A stretch of 21,134 nucleotides of DNA. Source: Campylobacterota bacterium (GTDB lineage Bacteria; Campylobacterota; Campylobacteria; Campylobacterales; Sulfurimonadaceae). Position numbers and translations under genes: made by a program. The first letter of the stretch is position 1. Each line of letters starts with the position of its first letter. Below the pieces are notes generated by a model that saw only the letters and a program-made list of their open reading frames with translations, made no database searches and was not told where the DNA came from. Shown one piece after another: positions 1 to 10,342 of this stretch. Location of the stretch: contig JAYEKO010000024.1 of NCBI GenBank assembly GCA_034661055.1, forward strand, positions 1 through 21,134. The letters run 5' to 3'.

Positions 1-94
1 GCCTAGTTGCAATACACAGATTAATGATGATATTATTAGCCGTGCACCTAAAAGCGGTGACCACTTTTTTATAGTTCCTAAAATTATTGAATAG
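1..94 (+). CDS. gatC: Asp/Glu-tRNA amidotransferase subunit C, 3' end (partial)
   Basis: Frame from base 2 reads ...NDDIISRAPKSGDHFFIVPKIIE* (TAG 92-94), the typical GatC C-terminus. gatC precedes cvpA-fur-lysS-glyA in Campylobacterota. Confidence 0.85.
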   Translation, partial: PSCNTQINDDIISRAPKSGDHFFIVPKIIE

Positions 95-96
95 TC

Positions 97-198
97 ATGG
101 TTAAAGTTTATGGAATAAAACGTCCTGTAGTCGAGTACAACGGTAAAACAACTATTGGATTTGATTTAAAAATATATGAAGGGGAATTTTTACAATGA
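97..198 (+). pseudogene. ArsC/Spx/MgsR (YffB-like) family gene with large in-frame internal deletion (33 aa)
   Basis: MVKVYGIK-RPVVEYNGKTTIGFDLKIYEGEFLQ*: the family N-terminus (xxYGIK) is joined directly to the family C-terminal motif (IKRPV...GF). The Cys motif and helical middle are missing. The TGA overlaps the pilT ATG (ATGA 195-198). Confidence 0.75.
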
Positions 199-1265
199 AT
201 CAAGCACTAGATATACAAAAACTCTTAAAAAGTGTTGTTGCTTACAAGTCATCAGATTTACACCTTGTAAGCCGTTCTGAACCACAAATTAGAATTGATG
301 GCCGGCTTGTAGCACTTAATCTTCCTGTTTTAGATGGAAAGATGATTGAGGAGATGTCTTACTCTCTTTTAAGTGAAAAACAGAAAAAAGAGTTTGAAGA
401 AAAAAATGAGATAGATTTTGCAATTTTCTTACCTGGTATTGGACGTTTTCGTGCGAATTACTACAGGACTATGGGTGATATCGCCTGTGCTTTTCGTATT
501 ATTCCTATTGAGATTCCATCACTAGATGACTTGGGTGCCAAATCTATTTTTAAAGAGCTTGTCAAACGTGAAAAAGGGCTTATTCTTGTCACGGGTCCAA
601 CAGGTTCAGGTAAGTCAACTACACTAGCGGCAATGATTAATGAGATAAACCTCTATGAATCAAAACATGTTATTACCGTTGAAGATCCTGTGGAGTTTAT
701 TCACCAAAATAAAAAGTGCCTATTCTCTCACAGAAATGTCGGTACCGATACAGGCAGTTTCGCTTCTGCTTTAAAATTTGCCATGCGTGAAGACCCTGAC
801 ATTATTCTTATTGGGGAGATGCGTGATAGAGAGACTATTGAAGCTGCCCTTACAGCAGCAGAGACGGGTCACCTAGTTTTTGGAACACTACACACTAGTT
901 CTGCACCACAGACTATTAACCGTATTATTGATGTTTTTAGTGGTGATGAACAGCCTCAAATTCGTGCACAACTCTCGACATCACTTATCTCAGTTGTTGC
1001 ACAGGCACTACTGCCAAAAATTGGTGGTGGACGTATTGCAGCACAAGAGATTATGATAACCAATCCGGCAATTGCAAACTTAATTCGTGAAGACAAAGTC
1101 CACCAGATTTATTCACAAATGCAGCTAAATCAGCAAGGTACCGGCATGGTTACCCAGACACAAGAGATGATTACATATCTAAAAAATAAAGTTATTACAA
1201 AACAAGATGCGATGCAGTATTCAAATAAACCTGATGAACTAGGGAATGCAATTAACGCTTTATAA
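195..1265 (+). CDS. pilT: Type IV pilus retraction ATPase PilT
   Basis: SSDLHL N-terminal motif, Walker A GPTGSGKST, Asp box TVEDPVE, Walker B IILIGEMRD, His box TGHLVFGTLH, AIANLIRE motif. Confidence 0.95.
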   Translation: MNQALDIQKLLKSVVAYKSSDLHLVSRSEPQIRIDGRLVALNLPVLDGKMIEEMSYSLLSEKQKKEFEEKNEIDFAIFLPGIGRFRANYYRTMGDIACAFRIIPIEIPSLDDLGAKSIFKELVKREKGLILVTGPTGSGKSTTLAAMINEINLYESKHVITVEDPVEFIHQNKKCLFSHRNVGTDTGSFASALKFAMREDPDIILIGEMRDRETIEAALTAAETGHLVFGTLHTSSAPQTINRIIDVFSGDEQPQIRAQLSTSLISVVAQALLPKIGGGRIAAQEIMITNPAIANLIREDKVHQIYSQMQLNQQGTGMVTQTQEMITYLKNKVITKQDAMQYSNKPDELGNAINAL

Positions 1266-1277
1266 GCAGTAGTTAAC

Positions 1278-1300
1278 AGATGGGCGTAACGCCCATTTTA
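1278..1300 (+). terminator. Intrinsic terminator hairpin between convergent pilT and DAHP synthase genes
   Basis: ATGGGCG-TAA-CGCCCAT perfect stem (1280-1296) followed by TTT, 14 nt after the pilT stop. Confidence 0.7.
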
Positions 1301-1324
1301 AAGATTTTAGAGACTCTTTTGCCT

Positions 1325-2671
1325 CTATCTAGCCTCTTTTAATGTATCGGCAATAAGAAATGCCAACTCTAGAGATTGATCAGCATTTAAACGTGGATCA
1401 CACTGTGTATGATATCTGCTTTTAAGATCTTCTTCAGAGACCTCAAATCTTCCACCCGTACACTCCGTAACATTTTTACCTGTCATCTCTAAATGAACAC
1501 CGCCAGCAACTGTACCTTCAGATTTATGTACCTGAAAGAACTGCTTCATCTCTGTTAAGATAGCATCAACACGGCGTGATTTAAATCCATTTGATGTTTT
1601 GTAAACATTTCCATGCATTGGATCACAGCTCCAGACAACATTTAGCCCCTCACTTTTAATAGCACGTACCAGCTTTGGCATACCATCAGCTACTTTATCT
1701 GCTCCCATACGAACAATAAGATTAAGTCGTCCTTCTTCATTGTTAGGATTAAGTCTGTTGCAGAGTTTAATTAGGTCATCTGGTTCCATTGATGGACCTG
1801 TTTTAAGACCAATAGGATTGTGAATACCACGCATGTACTCAACATGGGCTCCATCTAACTGTCGAGTACGGTCACCAATCCATAACATATGTGCTGAAAC
1901 ATCATACCACTCACCAGTTAATGAATCTTGTCGCGTAAATGCCTCTTCATAAGGTAGCAAAAGTGCTTCATGAGACGTGTAAAAATCTGTCTCTCTAAGT
2001 GTTCTGTATGTTTTAGAAGTAACACCACACGCCTCCATAAAACGTAATGAGTCTTCAATATGTTTTACATACTCTTCATATTTTACACCCGATGTTCCCT
2101 GAGATGCAAAATCTAAATTCCACTGATGAACCTGATGTAAATTAGCTAAACCACCTGAAGCAAAAGCACGCACTAAGTTTAGTGTAGAGACTGATTGGTT
2201 ATATGCTTTAATCATACGCTCTGGGTCAGGTATGCGAGCCTCAGATGTAAAGTCTGCACTATTAATAATATCTCCACGATAACTTGGTAGTGTAACATCA
2301 CCAATAGTTTCATTATCAGATGAACGAGGCTTGGCAAACTGCCCACCCATACGACCAACTTTAACTACAGGAACACCACCAGCAAATGTCATTACAACTG
2401 CCATCTGTAGCAGTGCTTTAAACGTGTCTCTAATATTTTCAGCATTGAATTCAGAAAAACTTTCGGCACAGTCACCACCTTGAAGTAAAAAAGCTTCTCC
2501 ACGACCAGCATCTGCTAGTTGTTTTTTTAAGTTTCTTGCTTCACCTGCAAAGATAAGAGGTGGATAATGTTTTAACTCGCTTTCAACTCTTTTAAGAGCC
2601 TCCATATCAGGATATATAGGTTGTTGAAGTATCGGCTTATCTCGCCAGCTTGAGGGGTTCCAGTTGCTCAT
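1325..2671 (-). CDS. Class II (AroA-II, plant-type) 3-deoxy-D-arabino-heptulosonate 7-phosphate synthase
   Basis: [59 protein letters not shown] motifs. Confidence 0.95.
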   Translation of the reverse strand: MSNWNPSSWRDKPILQQPIYPDMEALKRVESELKHYPPLIFAGEARNLKKQLADAGRGEAFLLQGGDCAESFSEFNAENIRDTFKALLQMAVVMTFAGGVPVVKVGRMGGQFAKPRSSDNETIGDVTLPSYRGDIINSADFTSEARIPDPERMIKAYNQSVSTLNLVRAFASGGLANLHQVHQWNLDFASQGTSGVKYEEYVKHIEDSLRFMEACGVTSKTYRTLRETDFYTSHEALLLPYEEAFTRQDSLTGEWYDVSAHMLWIGDRTRQLDGAHVEYMRGIHNPIGLKTGPSMEPDDLIKLCNRLNPNNEEGRLNLIVRMGADKVADGMPKLVRAIKSEGLNVVWSCDPMHGNVYKTSNGFKSRRVDAILTEMKQFFQVHKSEGTVAGGVHLEMTGKNVTECTGGRFEVSEEDLKSRYHTQCDPRLNADQSLELAFLIADTLKEAR

Positions 2672-2823
2672 AATATTACCTTAAATTCGTACAATTAAAT
2701 TTTGGATTGTATTTTATCTAAAAAATAATTAATTATTGATAACAGCATCAACTTTACAGTAAAGTATAAACCTAAAATTTACAAAATGAAGGTAAGAATA
2801 GTCAATATCAAAGTTTATTTATG

Positions 2824-2829
2824 TATAAT
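2824..2829 (+). promoter_or_regulatory. Putative sigma70 -10 box for the GGDEF-cvpA-fur-lysS-glyA run
   Basis: Perfect TATAAT 35 nt upstream of the GGDEF ORF in an AT-rich divergent intergenic region. AAGG RBS at 2858-2861. Confidence 0.45.
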
Positions 2830-2864
2830 ACACCAAATTATACAAAGATTCAATAAAAAGGTAA

Positions 2865-3791
2865 GTGTTGATGGAAAAAGATGAAGCAAAAAAAATAATT
2901 TCTACCGTCTATCATGATATTTTACATCAAATTGATACTAAAAGTTTATTAGATGCTGATATTCTAATGGACTTTGTAGATGATGCTGCAAAAGAGATTG
3001 TTCTTCATGCTAGCCATAAAAAGAAAAATATAGACTTTAAGAACGCTTCTCTTCAGGAAAACAGTGGCTATAAAGAGTTAGCAAAGATGAGCATTAACTC
3101 TTATGCAGCCCACAACTCAAACATTCAAGAGATTTCTCAAAACCAAGATGTACTTATTAGCAATCTTGACAACATTGGATACAACCTTATTGAGGGCTTT
3201 GGTGATGTACAAAAAGATCTGCACCATGAGATTACCAAAGCTAACGAGACCATTAGTGACTTAATGAGCAAAATTAAACATCTTGAAGCACGATCAAGCA
3301 TTGACTCCCTTACAAAAGTTTATAACCGTTACGCCCTTAATGAGTATATCTCTCAACTTTTTAGCAGTGATTACAATCATTTCAACAATACTTTTGTGAT
3401 GGTAATCGATATTGATGACTTTAAAACAATCAACGATACCTTTGGACATTTAGCAGGAGACAGAGTACTGATTTTTCTAGCTAACCTTCTAAAAGGTACC
3501 CTTAGAGATAATGATAAAATCTTTAGATTTGGTGGTGAAGAGTTTATTCTTATCTTTACTCGCATGACATCAAAACAGGCTAAATCTGTTGCTCAGCGCA
3601 TTATGGACTTGATACACAAAAATAAAATAATCTATAAAAGCAATGAGATCGATATGACAATAAGCATCGGACTTACCAAAATGTTAGAAAATGATACATA
3701 CGAATCTTTCATTGGTCGTGCAGATGCTCAAATGTATGCCGCTAAAGAGGCAGGAAAAGACCAGGTAAAGGTAGATTTTAATGGATATTAA
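2865..3791 (+). CDS. Diguanylate cyclase (N-terminal helical/coiled region + GGDEF domain)
   Basis: DSLTKVYNR, IDIDDFKTINDTFGHLAGD, I-site RDND followed by GGEEF, RADAQMYAAK. True start may be TTG 2868 or ATG 2871. Confidence 0.92.
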   Translation: MLMEKDEAKKIISTVYHDILHQIDTKSLLDADILMDFVDDAAKEIVLHASHKKKNIDFKNASLQENSGYKELAKMSINSYAAHNSNIQEISQNQDVLISNLDNIGYNLIEGFGDVQKDLHHEITKANETISDLMSKIKHLEARSSIDSLTKVYNRYALNEYISQLFSSDYNHFNNTFVMVIDIDDFKTINDTFGHLAGDRVLIFLANLLKGTLRDNDKIFRFGGEEFILIFTRMTSKQAKSVAQRIMDLIHKNKIIYKSNEIDMTISIGLTKMLENDTYESFIGRADAQMYAAKEAGKDQVKVDFNGY

Positions 3792-4395
3792 CTACTTTGA
3801 CATTGCTGTTGGGGCCGTAGTCCTACTGCTGGGTTTAAAAGGCATAATAAATGGCTTTTTCAAAGAGATGTTTGGTCTTATTGGAATTATTGGTGGACTT
3901 TTTATTGCTTCAAGATACGGTGAACCTGTTGGACAGCAAATAAGTGACCTGATTTTTCATTTTGAAAACTCTGCTGCAGTAAACTTTACAGGTTTCTTAG
4001 CAACATTAGCAGCATTTTGGATTGTAATGATTCTATTAGGATCTCTATTTAAAAAGCTTGGTAGCGCTAGTGGTCTTGGTATTATTGACAGAATCTTTGG
4101 ATTTATAGTCGGTAGTGGTAAGTTCTTTCTAATAGGCGCGGTCATTGTTTATGCTATGAATAATATTGATGCACTCAAAAGTAAACTTGACCCTATCATG
4201 CAAAATAGTATCTTGTATCCTATTATGGTTGAAGTTGGTGGCTACGTAATGCACATTGACCCTACAGAAGTCTCAAAAGATTTGGCAGAAAAAATTGAGA
4301 CAAGCACTACTGCAGTAGGTCAAGCTACTAAGGAAATAGTGGCAGACACAGTTAAACAAAATATTGACTCTATGACAACAAAGAAGGGAGAATAA
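3781..4395 (+). CDS. cvpA: CvpA family (colicin V production) membrane protein
   Basis: MDINYFDI, GIINGFFKEMFGLIG, DRIFGFIVG, four hydrophobic segments. Directly upstream of fur as in Campylobacter. Confidence 0.9.
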   Translation: MDINYFDIAVGAVVLLLGLKGIINGFFKEMFGLIGIIGGLFIASRYGEPVGQQISDLIFHFENSAAVNFTGFLATLAAFWIVMILLGSLFKKLGSASGLGIIDRIFGFIVGSGKFFLIGAVIVYAMNNIDALKSKLDPIMQNSILYPIMVEVGGYVMHIDPTEVSKDLAEKIETSTTAVGQATKEIVADTVKQNIDSMTTKKGE

Positions 4396-4396
4396 T

Positions 4397-4879
4397 ATGT
4401 CAGTCCACACTAATAACTTTACAGAGCGTACCATTAAATATGATGATCTATTGTCAGATTTTAAAGAGTTACTTAAAAAAAATGGACTTAAGTTCACTAT
4501 TCAAAGAGAGGTGATCTTAGAGACACTCTATAATTCTGATGAACATTTAACACCAGAAGCTCTGCACCAACTCATTATTAAAAAGCAGCCTGAACTTAAA
4601 GCCGGTATTGCAACTATTTACAGAACCCTCTCCCTTCTTGAAGACTCCGATATGGTCACCTCGCTCTCTTTTGGAGCACAGGGTAAAAAGTATGAGCTTG
4701 GGGCAAAAGATCATCATGATCATATTATCTGTACCTCTTGTGGTGAGATTACCGAATTTGTCGATGAGCAGATTGAAAAACGACAAGACTTAATTGCAGC
4801 AGACTTGGGCTTTAAGATGATAGATCACTCCATGCAGATATATGGCATATGTAAATCGTGTCAAGATAAAAACAAATAA
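4397..4879 (+). CDS. fur: Ferric uptake regulator Fur
   Basis: GLKFTIQREVIL, GIATIYRTL, HHDHIICTSCG, C-terminal CKSC. cvpA-fur-lysS-glyA synteny. Confidence 0.93.
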   Translation: MSVHTNNFTERTIKYDDLLSDFKELLKKNGLKFTIQREVILETLYNSDEHLTPEALHQLIIKKQPELKAGIATIYRTLSLLEDSDMVTSLSFGAQGKKYELGAKDHHDHIICTSCGEITEFVDEQIEKRQDLIAADLGFKMIDHSMQIYGICKSCQDKNK

Positions 4880-4899
4880 TCAAGCAAAGGAAATAACGG

Positions 4900-6408
4900 G
4901 TGTTTAGTAACCAATTTGTACAACTACGAATAGAAAAATCTCAAAAACTACGAGAGCTAGGATACAATCCTTACTCAAATGAATCAAAAAGAAACACAAC
5001 AGTTGAAAAATTCTTAAACGTCAATGATGATATTCATCAGCTTGAAGTCAAACGTGCTGAAAATCGTCACTATACTGTAGCAGGAAGAATTAAACTTTAC
5101 CGTCTTATGGGTAAAGCAAGTTTTCTTAAAATAGAAGATGAAAGCGGTCTATTACAGATCTATTTAGCTCGTGACTCTCTTGCTGATGGATTTTATAATG
5201 AGATCAAAAAACTGATTGAAGTTGGTGATATAATTGAAGTGTCAGGCTACCCATTTGTAACCAACAAAGGCGAACTATCTTTACATGTAAATTCTTTAAC
5301 CATTTTAACCAAAGCACTTTCACCACTTCCTGAAAAGTTTCACGGCATTACCGATAAAGAGTTACGTTACCGTCAACGTTACCTTGACTTAATAATGAAT
5401 GATGATGTCAAAAAAACATTTCAGACACGCAGTCGTGTTATCTCTTTAATTCGTAGATTCTTTGAAGACAAAGGCTTTTTAGAAGTTGAAACTCCTATGA
5501 TGCATCCTATTGCAGGTGGTGCCAATGCGAAACCGTTTGTTACTCACCACAACTCTTTAGGAATTGATAGATATCTACGTATTGCGCCAGAGCTTTACCT
5601 TAAACGTCTAATTGTCGGTGGATTTGAAGCAGTTTTTGAGATTAACAGAAATTTTAGAAATGAGGGGATGGATGCTACCCATAATCCTGAGTTTACATCA
5701 ATTGAGTTTTACTGGGCATATAAAAACTATAAAGACTTAATCGAACTAACCAAAGAGCTGTTTGAATACCTTTTTGACCACCTTAAACTACCTACCCTAC
5801 TTCCTTATGGTGATGTAGAGATTAACTTTGAGAACTTTACTGAGATCGGTCTGGTTAAATCTCTAACTAATATTGGTGGTGTACCTGAGTCAGTAACTGG
5901 TAATAAAGATGCTATTATTTCTTATCTTAAAGAACGTCACATATCCGTCAATGAAAACTACAACCTTGGACAACTTCAAGCAGAACTTTTTGATGAATTT
6001 GTTGAAGCAAAATTGATTGACCCTACTTTTATTACTGACTATCCAGTTGAAATCTCGCCACTAGCACGTCGCTCAGACACTAACCCTAACATAACAGAAC
6101 GATTTGAACTCTTTATTGCTGGCAAAGAGATTGCCAACGCTTTTAGTGAGCTCAATGATCCTGTTGATCAATATAATCGATTTAAAGGACAACTTAGTGC
6201 CAAAGATGCTGGAGATGATGAAGCTCATGAGATGGATGAAGACTTTGTAACCGCACTTAGTTATGGAATGGCACCAACAGCAGGTCAGGGAATTGGAATT
6301 GACCGTTTAGTAATGATGCTAACTAATGAACATTCCATAAGAGATGTATTGCTGTTTCCAGCAATGAAACCACTACAAAATGAAATTAAACACAAAGAAG
6401 AGGAATAA
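4900..6408 (+). CDS. lysS: Lysine--tRNA ligase (class II)
   Basis: OB fold, [59 protein letters not shown] start with AAGGA RBS. Confidence 0.97.
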   Translation: MFSNQFVQLRIEKSQKLRELGYNPYSNESKRNTTVEKFLNVNDDIHQLEVKRAENRHYTVAGRIKLYRLMGKASFLKIEDESGLLQIYLARDSLADGFYNEIKKLIEVGDIIEVSGYPFVTNKGELSLHVNSLTILTKALSPLPEKFHGITDKELRYRQRYLDLIMNDDVKKTFQTRSRVISLIRRFFEDKGFLEVETPMMHPIAGGANAKPFVTHHNSLGIDRYLRIAPELYLKRLIVGGFEAVFEINRNFRNEGMDATHNPEFTSIEFYWAYKNYKDLIELTKELFEYLFDHLKLPTLLPYGDVEINFENFTEIGLVKSLTNIGGVPESVTGNKDAIISYLKERHISVNENYNLGQLQAELFDEFVEAKLIDPTFITDYPVEISPLARRSDTNPNITERFELFIAGKEIANAFSELNDPVDQYNRFKGQLSAKDAGDDEAHEMDEDFVTALSYGMAPTAGQGIGIDRLVMMLTNEHSIRDVLLFPAMKPLQNEIKHKEEE

Positions 6409-6409
6409 T

Positions 6410-7657
6410 ATGAGTTTTTTAAAAGAGTTTGACAATGAAGTATTTGAACTATGTGAGCAAGAGCTAGAGCGCCAAAGTGACCACCTAGAGATGATTGCAT
6501 CAGAAAACTTTACACTTCCAGCAGTAATGGAGGCTATGGGTTCTGTTTTTACAAATAAATACGCTGAGGGGTATCCAAATAAACGCTATTATGGCGGATG
6601 TGAATATGCTGATGGCGTGGAACAACTCGCAATTGATAGAGCATGCAAACTGTTTGAATGCAACTTTGCCAATGTTCAGCCTCACTCAGGAAGTCAAGCA
6701 AATGGTGCGGTTTATGCTGCGCTTCTAAAAGCTGGAGATAAAATTTTAGGTATGGATTTAAGCCATGGCGGACACCTAACTCATGGTTCTAAACCAAGCT
6801 TTTCTGGTAAAAATTATTCAAGCTTCACCTATGGTGTTGAACTCGATGGTCGTATTAACTACAATCGTGTTATGGATATTGCTAAAATTACACAACCAAA
6901 GATTATTGTCTGTGGCGCATCAGCTTATGCTCGTGAAATTGACTTTAAAAAATTCCGTGAAATAGCCGATGCAGTAGGTGCTATTTTATTTGCCGATATC
7001 GCACACATTGCTGGTCTGGTATGTGCAGGGGAACACCCTAGTCCTTTCCCATATGCTGATGTTGTCACCACAACTACTCATAAAACTCTTGCCGGTCCTC
7101 GTGGCGGTATGATTATGACTAATGATGAAGATATTGCTAAAAAAGTCAACTCTGCAATCTTTCCAGGTCTTCAAGGAGGACCTTTAGTACATGTAATCGC
7201 AGCTAAAGCGGTTGGATTTAAATATAATCTTTCAGCTGAGTGGAAAACATATGCTGCACAAGTTAAAGCTAACGCCAAAGTATTAGCTGATGTATTAATT
7301 AAACGTGGCTATGATGTTGTCAGTAACGGAACTGACAATCATCTTGTTCTTGTCTCATTCTTAAACAAAGAGTTTAGCGGTAAAGATGCTGATGCTGCTC
7401 TTGGACGTGCTGGTATTACTGTCAATAAAAACACCGTGCCGGGTGAGACACGTTCTCCATTTGTAACCTCAGGTATTCGTGTTGGTTCACCTGCTCTTAC
7501 ATCACGCGGCATGAAAGAGAAAGAGTTTGAAATTATTGCCAATAAAATGGCTGATGTTCTAGATAACATTGAAGATGAAGCAGCACAGGAGACAATTAAA
7601 CAAGAGCTAAAAGAGTTGGCTTCTAACTTCATTATTTACAAACAATCTACATACTAA
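6410..7657 (+). CDS. glyA: Serine hydroxymethyltransferase
   Basis: [37 protein letters not shown] (PLP lysine). Start moved from 6380 to ATG 6410, which follows a GAGGA RBS. Confidence 0.97.
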   Translation: MSFLKEFDNEVFELCEQELERQSDHLEMIASENFTLPAVMEAMGSVFTNKYAEGYPNKRYYGGCEYADGVEQLAIDRACKLFECNFANVQPHSGSQANGAVYAALLKAGDKILGMDLSHGGHLTHGSKPSFSGKNYSSFTYGVELDGRINYNRVMDIAKITQPKIIVCGASAYAREIDFKKFREIADAVGAILFADIAHIAGLVCAGEHPSPFPYADVVTTTTHKTLAGPRGGMIMTNDEDIAKKVNSAIFPGLQGGPLVHVIAAKAVGFKYNLSAEWKTYAAQVKANAKVLADVLIKRGYDVVSNGTDNHLVLVSFLNKEFSGKDADAALGRAGITVNKNTVPGETRSPFVTSGIRVGSPALTSRGMKEKEFEIIANKMADVLDNIEDEAAQETIKQELKELASNFIIYKQSTY

Positions 7658-7673
7658 AAACAAAGGAGATGGA

Positions 7674-8213
7674 GTGAGTTTAGATTTAAAACTAATCAAA
7701 ATGCTAACAGACCATTATTGGCTAAAGAACGATACCGTAGTTGATAAGATTACTTTTAAAGGTCGTACTTTTTATAACAAATATGAAAAAGTCAATAAGA
7801 CACTAAGCACTGCCATTTTGTCTCAACATAAACGAGGTGAAATAACCGTAGCACATTCACTTATTAACAGTAGAAATAAAGTTGAAAACATTGTGATTGA
7901 CTACAACGGGAGAGATCCTGAGCGTTTTTACCATCGTACACAACTACTGCTTCGTGAAGAGGGATACCTTAATTTCACGGCCTACAAAACCAAAACTGAT
8001 GGCCATTTACATGTATATATACACAAAGGTCACACAACACTACAAGAAGCCATTCAGCTTGGAAAAACACTTTCGCTTAAACTGGCATCCAAACAGCCGA
8101 AACAATGGCGTATGTACCCAAATGATGAGCAACCACTTGAGTACCAAATTTTAAATATTCCCTATGATGTTTATGCAAAAGAGCGTGGCTCTTCTTTCGC
8201 TAAACACATGTAA
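7674..8213 (+). CDS. DUF1882 family protein (Cj0403/HP0184-like, prim-pol-like fold)
   Basis: NIVIDYNGRDPERFYH and GHLHVYIHKGHT motifs. Conserved position after glyA in Campylobacterota. AAGGAG RBS. Confidence 0.8.
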   Translation: MSLDLKLIKMLTDHYWLKNDTVVDKITFKGRTFYNKYEKVNKTLSTAILSQHKRGEITVAHSLINSRNKVENIVIDYNGRDPERFYHRTQLLLREEGYLNFTAYKTKTDGHLHVYIHKGHTTLQEAIQLGKTLSLKLASKQPKQWRMYPNDEQPLEYQILNIPYDVYAKERGSSFAKHM

Positions 8214-8236
8214 TAAAATCTAAAAAGGCAGACGTT

Positions 8237-8929
8237 ATGGAAGAAAAAACTGAACTTAATGACATTATTTTAAATCAAGGAAATAGCGGTGGTGGTAGCA
8301 AAAAAATACTACTTGCTGTTGCATCACTGGCAATTATTCTCATTATTATTGTTGTAATAATGAATTCAATACAGTCAAACAGTACGCAAAACCTTCCTCA
8401 GCCGCTACTTCCTAAAGAGCCAAGCAGTTCTATATCCCAAATTCAAGAAGTGGTAGAAGACGACCCTCTTTTTGAACCTGTTGAAGTTATTCAGGAGCCT
8501 ACTAGCAATGACAACTTGGATAAAATAGCTCAAAAACTTAAAGAAGATGCTGTTGAAAAAGTAGTAGTTATTGATGAACCTGTAAATGAGCCCGTTGTTC
8601 CTGTGGCTCCAAAACCAGTGCCAACTACTACACCTGCTGTAAAAGCTAAACCTGCAACACCTAAGAGTAGCGCATCATATATTGAAGCTGTAGCTAAAGG
8701 TAAGCACTACATACAAGTAGGCTCTTTTGCCAAATACAAGCCAAATAAGACCTTTTTAAGAAAAATTACCAATGGTGGTAATAGCTATACATTTCACAAG
8801 GTCATGGTAAACTCAAAGAGTATCAATAAAGTACTTATTGGACCATTTAATACCAAAAATGAAGCACGAAAAGCACTCCCTAAAATTCGAAAGAGTGTTA
8901 TTAAGGGTGCTTTTATTGTAAAGGTATAG
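8237..8929 (+). CDS. SPOR-domain membrane-anchored cell-division protein (DedD/FtsN-like)
   Basis: ELNDIIL N-terminus, single TM helix, Pro-rich linker, C-terminal YIQVGSF...KVLIGPF SPOR domain. Confidence 0.85.
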   Translation: MEEKTELNDIILNQGNSGGGSKKILLAVASLAIILIIIVVIMNSIQSNSTQNLPQPLLPKEPSSSISQIQEVVEDDPLFEPVEVIQEPTSNDNLDKIAQKLKEDAVEKVVVIDEPVNEPVVPVAPKPVPTTTPAVKAKPATPKSSASYIEAVAKGKHYIQVGSFAKYKPNKTFLRKITNGGNSYTFHKVMVNSKSINKVLIGPFNTKNEARKALPKIRKSVIKGAFIVKV

Positions 8930-8932
8930 CTT

Positions 8933-10342
8933 TTGATTAAAAGTAGACAATTTACACTTGATCAATTTGCTCCTATTGCAGTTTACAATAAACTAAAAGG
9001 AGCATTTAGCGATGAAATAAGCTTTCTTTTTGAGAGTGCTGGTAACTCTGATGGCAACTATAGTTTTATTATTATTGGGGCAAGAGAACGTCTTACCTAT
9101 AAAGATAAAACGACCTATTATCACGATGAAAATGGTACAGTCAATACATTTAAAAGTTCACCTTTTGATTTTTTAAAAGAGTATTACAAAAATGTTGACA
9201 CTGATCTTTACAAAAAAAGTGTTAAAGAGTTAGGCATTGGCTATGTTGATGGTTTTATTGGTTTTATGGGCTATGACATGGTTAAAGTGTTTGAACCTGT
9301 TTTAGACTCTTTTATGGATGATTTAGAAGATGAGATGAAGACTCCAGATATGGACCTGATTCTGCCAAAGATGATTGTAGCCTACTCTCATAAAGACCAT
9401 AAAATTACTATGATAAGCCAAATAGAGAGCTTCTCATCACAATTTGAATCACTAGAAACACTCCTTAAGTCTTCTTACTCTTACATTCCTCTAAAAAAAC
9501 TAGAAGGTGATGACAGAGGTGATTACGCCTTTTCAAAACCGAAATTTTTTGAGATGGTTGCCCAGTCAAAAGAGATGATTAAAAGCGGTGATGTCTTTCA
9601 AATTTTAATGACCAATCGTTTTACTCGTAACGTAAAAGTTGACCCATTTAGTTTTTACCGAATTTTGCGAACGAAAAATCCATCGCCATATATGTTTTTA
9701 ATGGAGTATGAAGATTTTAGCATTGTAGGAAGTTCACCTGAAGTCATGGTGCGTCTTAGTGAAGGGGAGTTACTGCTTCGTCCTATTGCAGGAACTCGTA
9801 AACGTGGTGACACTAAACAGCGTGATAAAGAGCTTGAAGATGAGCTCTTAGCCGATCCTAAAGAGTTAGCAGAGCACCTAATGCTCATTGACTTAGGGCG
9901 TAATGATGTAGGACGTGTTGCTAAAGCAGGAACCGTTAAAGTCAAAGATATGATGCATATTGAACGCTACTCTCACGTTATGCATATTGTCACTGATGTT
10001 GAAGCGGAGTTAGCAGAAGATAAAGATATGTTCGATCTCTTCGCAGCTACTTTTACAGCAGGGACCATGACAGGAGCTCCAAAAATACGTGCTATGGAGC
10101 TTATTGCCGAATACGAAGGTCTAAAACGTGGTTTTTACAGTGGTGCTATAGGCTATTTTGGATTTGATGGAAATATGGACAGTGCCATTACCATTCGTAC
10201 CTCTATGGTGATGCCTGATCGTGTTATTTTACAAGCAGGTGCAGGTATTGTTGCTGATTCTGTAGATGAGATGGAGTACCAAGAAGTTCACAATAAACTT
10301 GGTGCATTAATGAGCTCATTAGACGACTTAAAAGACTCATGA
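8933..10342 (+). CDS. trpE: Anthranilate synthase component I
   Basis: FLFES and NPSPYM (Trp feedback site), GSSPE, RPIAGT (TrpE-type rather than PabB PIKGT), EHLMLIDLGRND, GAPKIRAM, QAGAGIVADS. TTG start. Confidence 0.9.
   Translation: MIKSRQFTLDQFAPIAVYNKLKGAFSDEISFLFESAGNSDGNYSFIIIGARERLTYKDKTTYYHDENGTVNTFKSSPFDFLKEYYKNVDTDLYKKSVKELGIGYVDGFIGFMGYDMVKVFEPVLDSFMDDLEDEMKTPDMDLILPKMIVAYSHKDHKITMISQIESFSSQFESLETLLKSSYSYIPLKKLEGDDRGDYAFSKPKFFEMVAQSKEMIKSGDVFQILMTNRFTRNVKVDPFSFYRILRTKNPSPYMFLMEYEDFSIVGSSPEVMVRLSEGELLLRPIAGTRKRGDTKQRDKELEDELLADPKELAEHLMLIDLGRNDVGRVAKAGTVKVKDMMHIERYSHVMHIVTDVEAELAEDKDMFDLFAATFTAGTMTGAPKIRAMELIAEYEGLKRGFYSGAIGYFGFDGNMDSAITIRTSMVMPDRVILQAGAGIVADSVDEMEYQEVHNKLGALMSSLDDLKDS

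Noticed and set aside
2672..2864. Fur box or other operator (e.g. palindrome AATAATTAATTATT) in the divergent intergenic region
   Set aside because: No good match to GATAATGATAATCATTATC. A pure-AT palindrome is expected by chance here.
6380..6409. Longer glyA start at 6380
   Set aside because: It overlaps lysS. ATG 6410 has a good RBS and gives a normal GlyA N-terminus.
8933..10342. PabB (aminodeoxychorismate synthase)
   Set aside because: It has PIAGT and the Trp-feedback motifs of TrpE rather than PIKGT.
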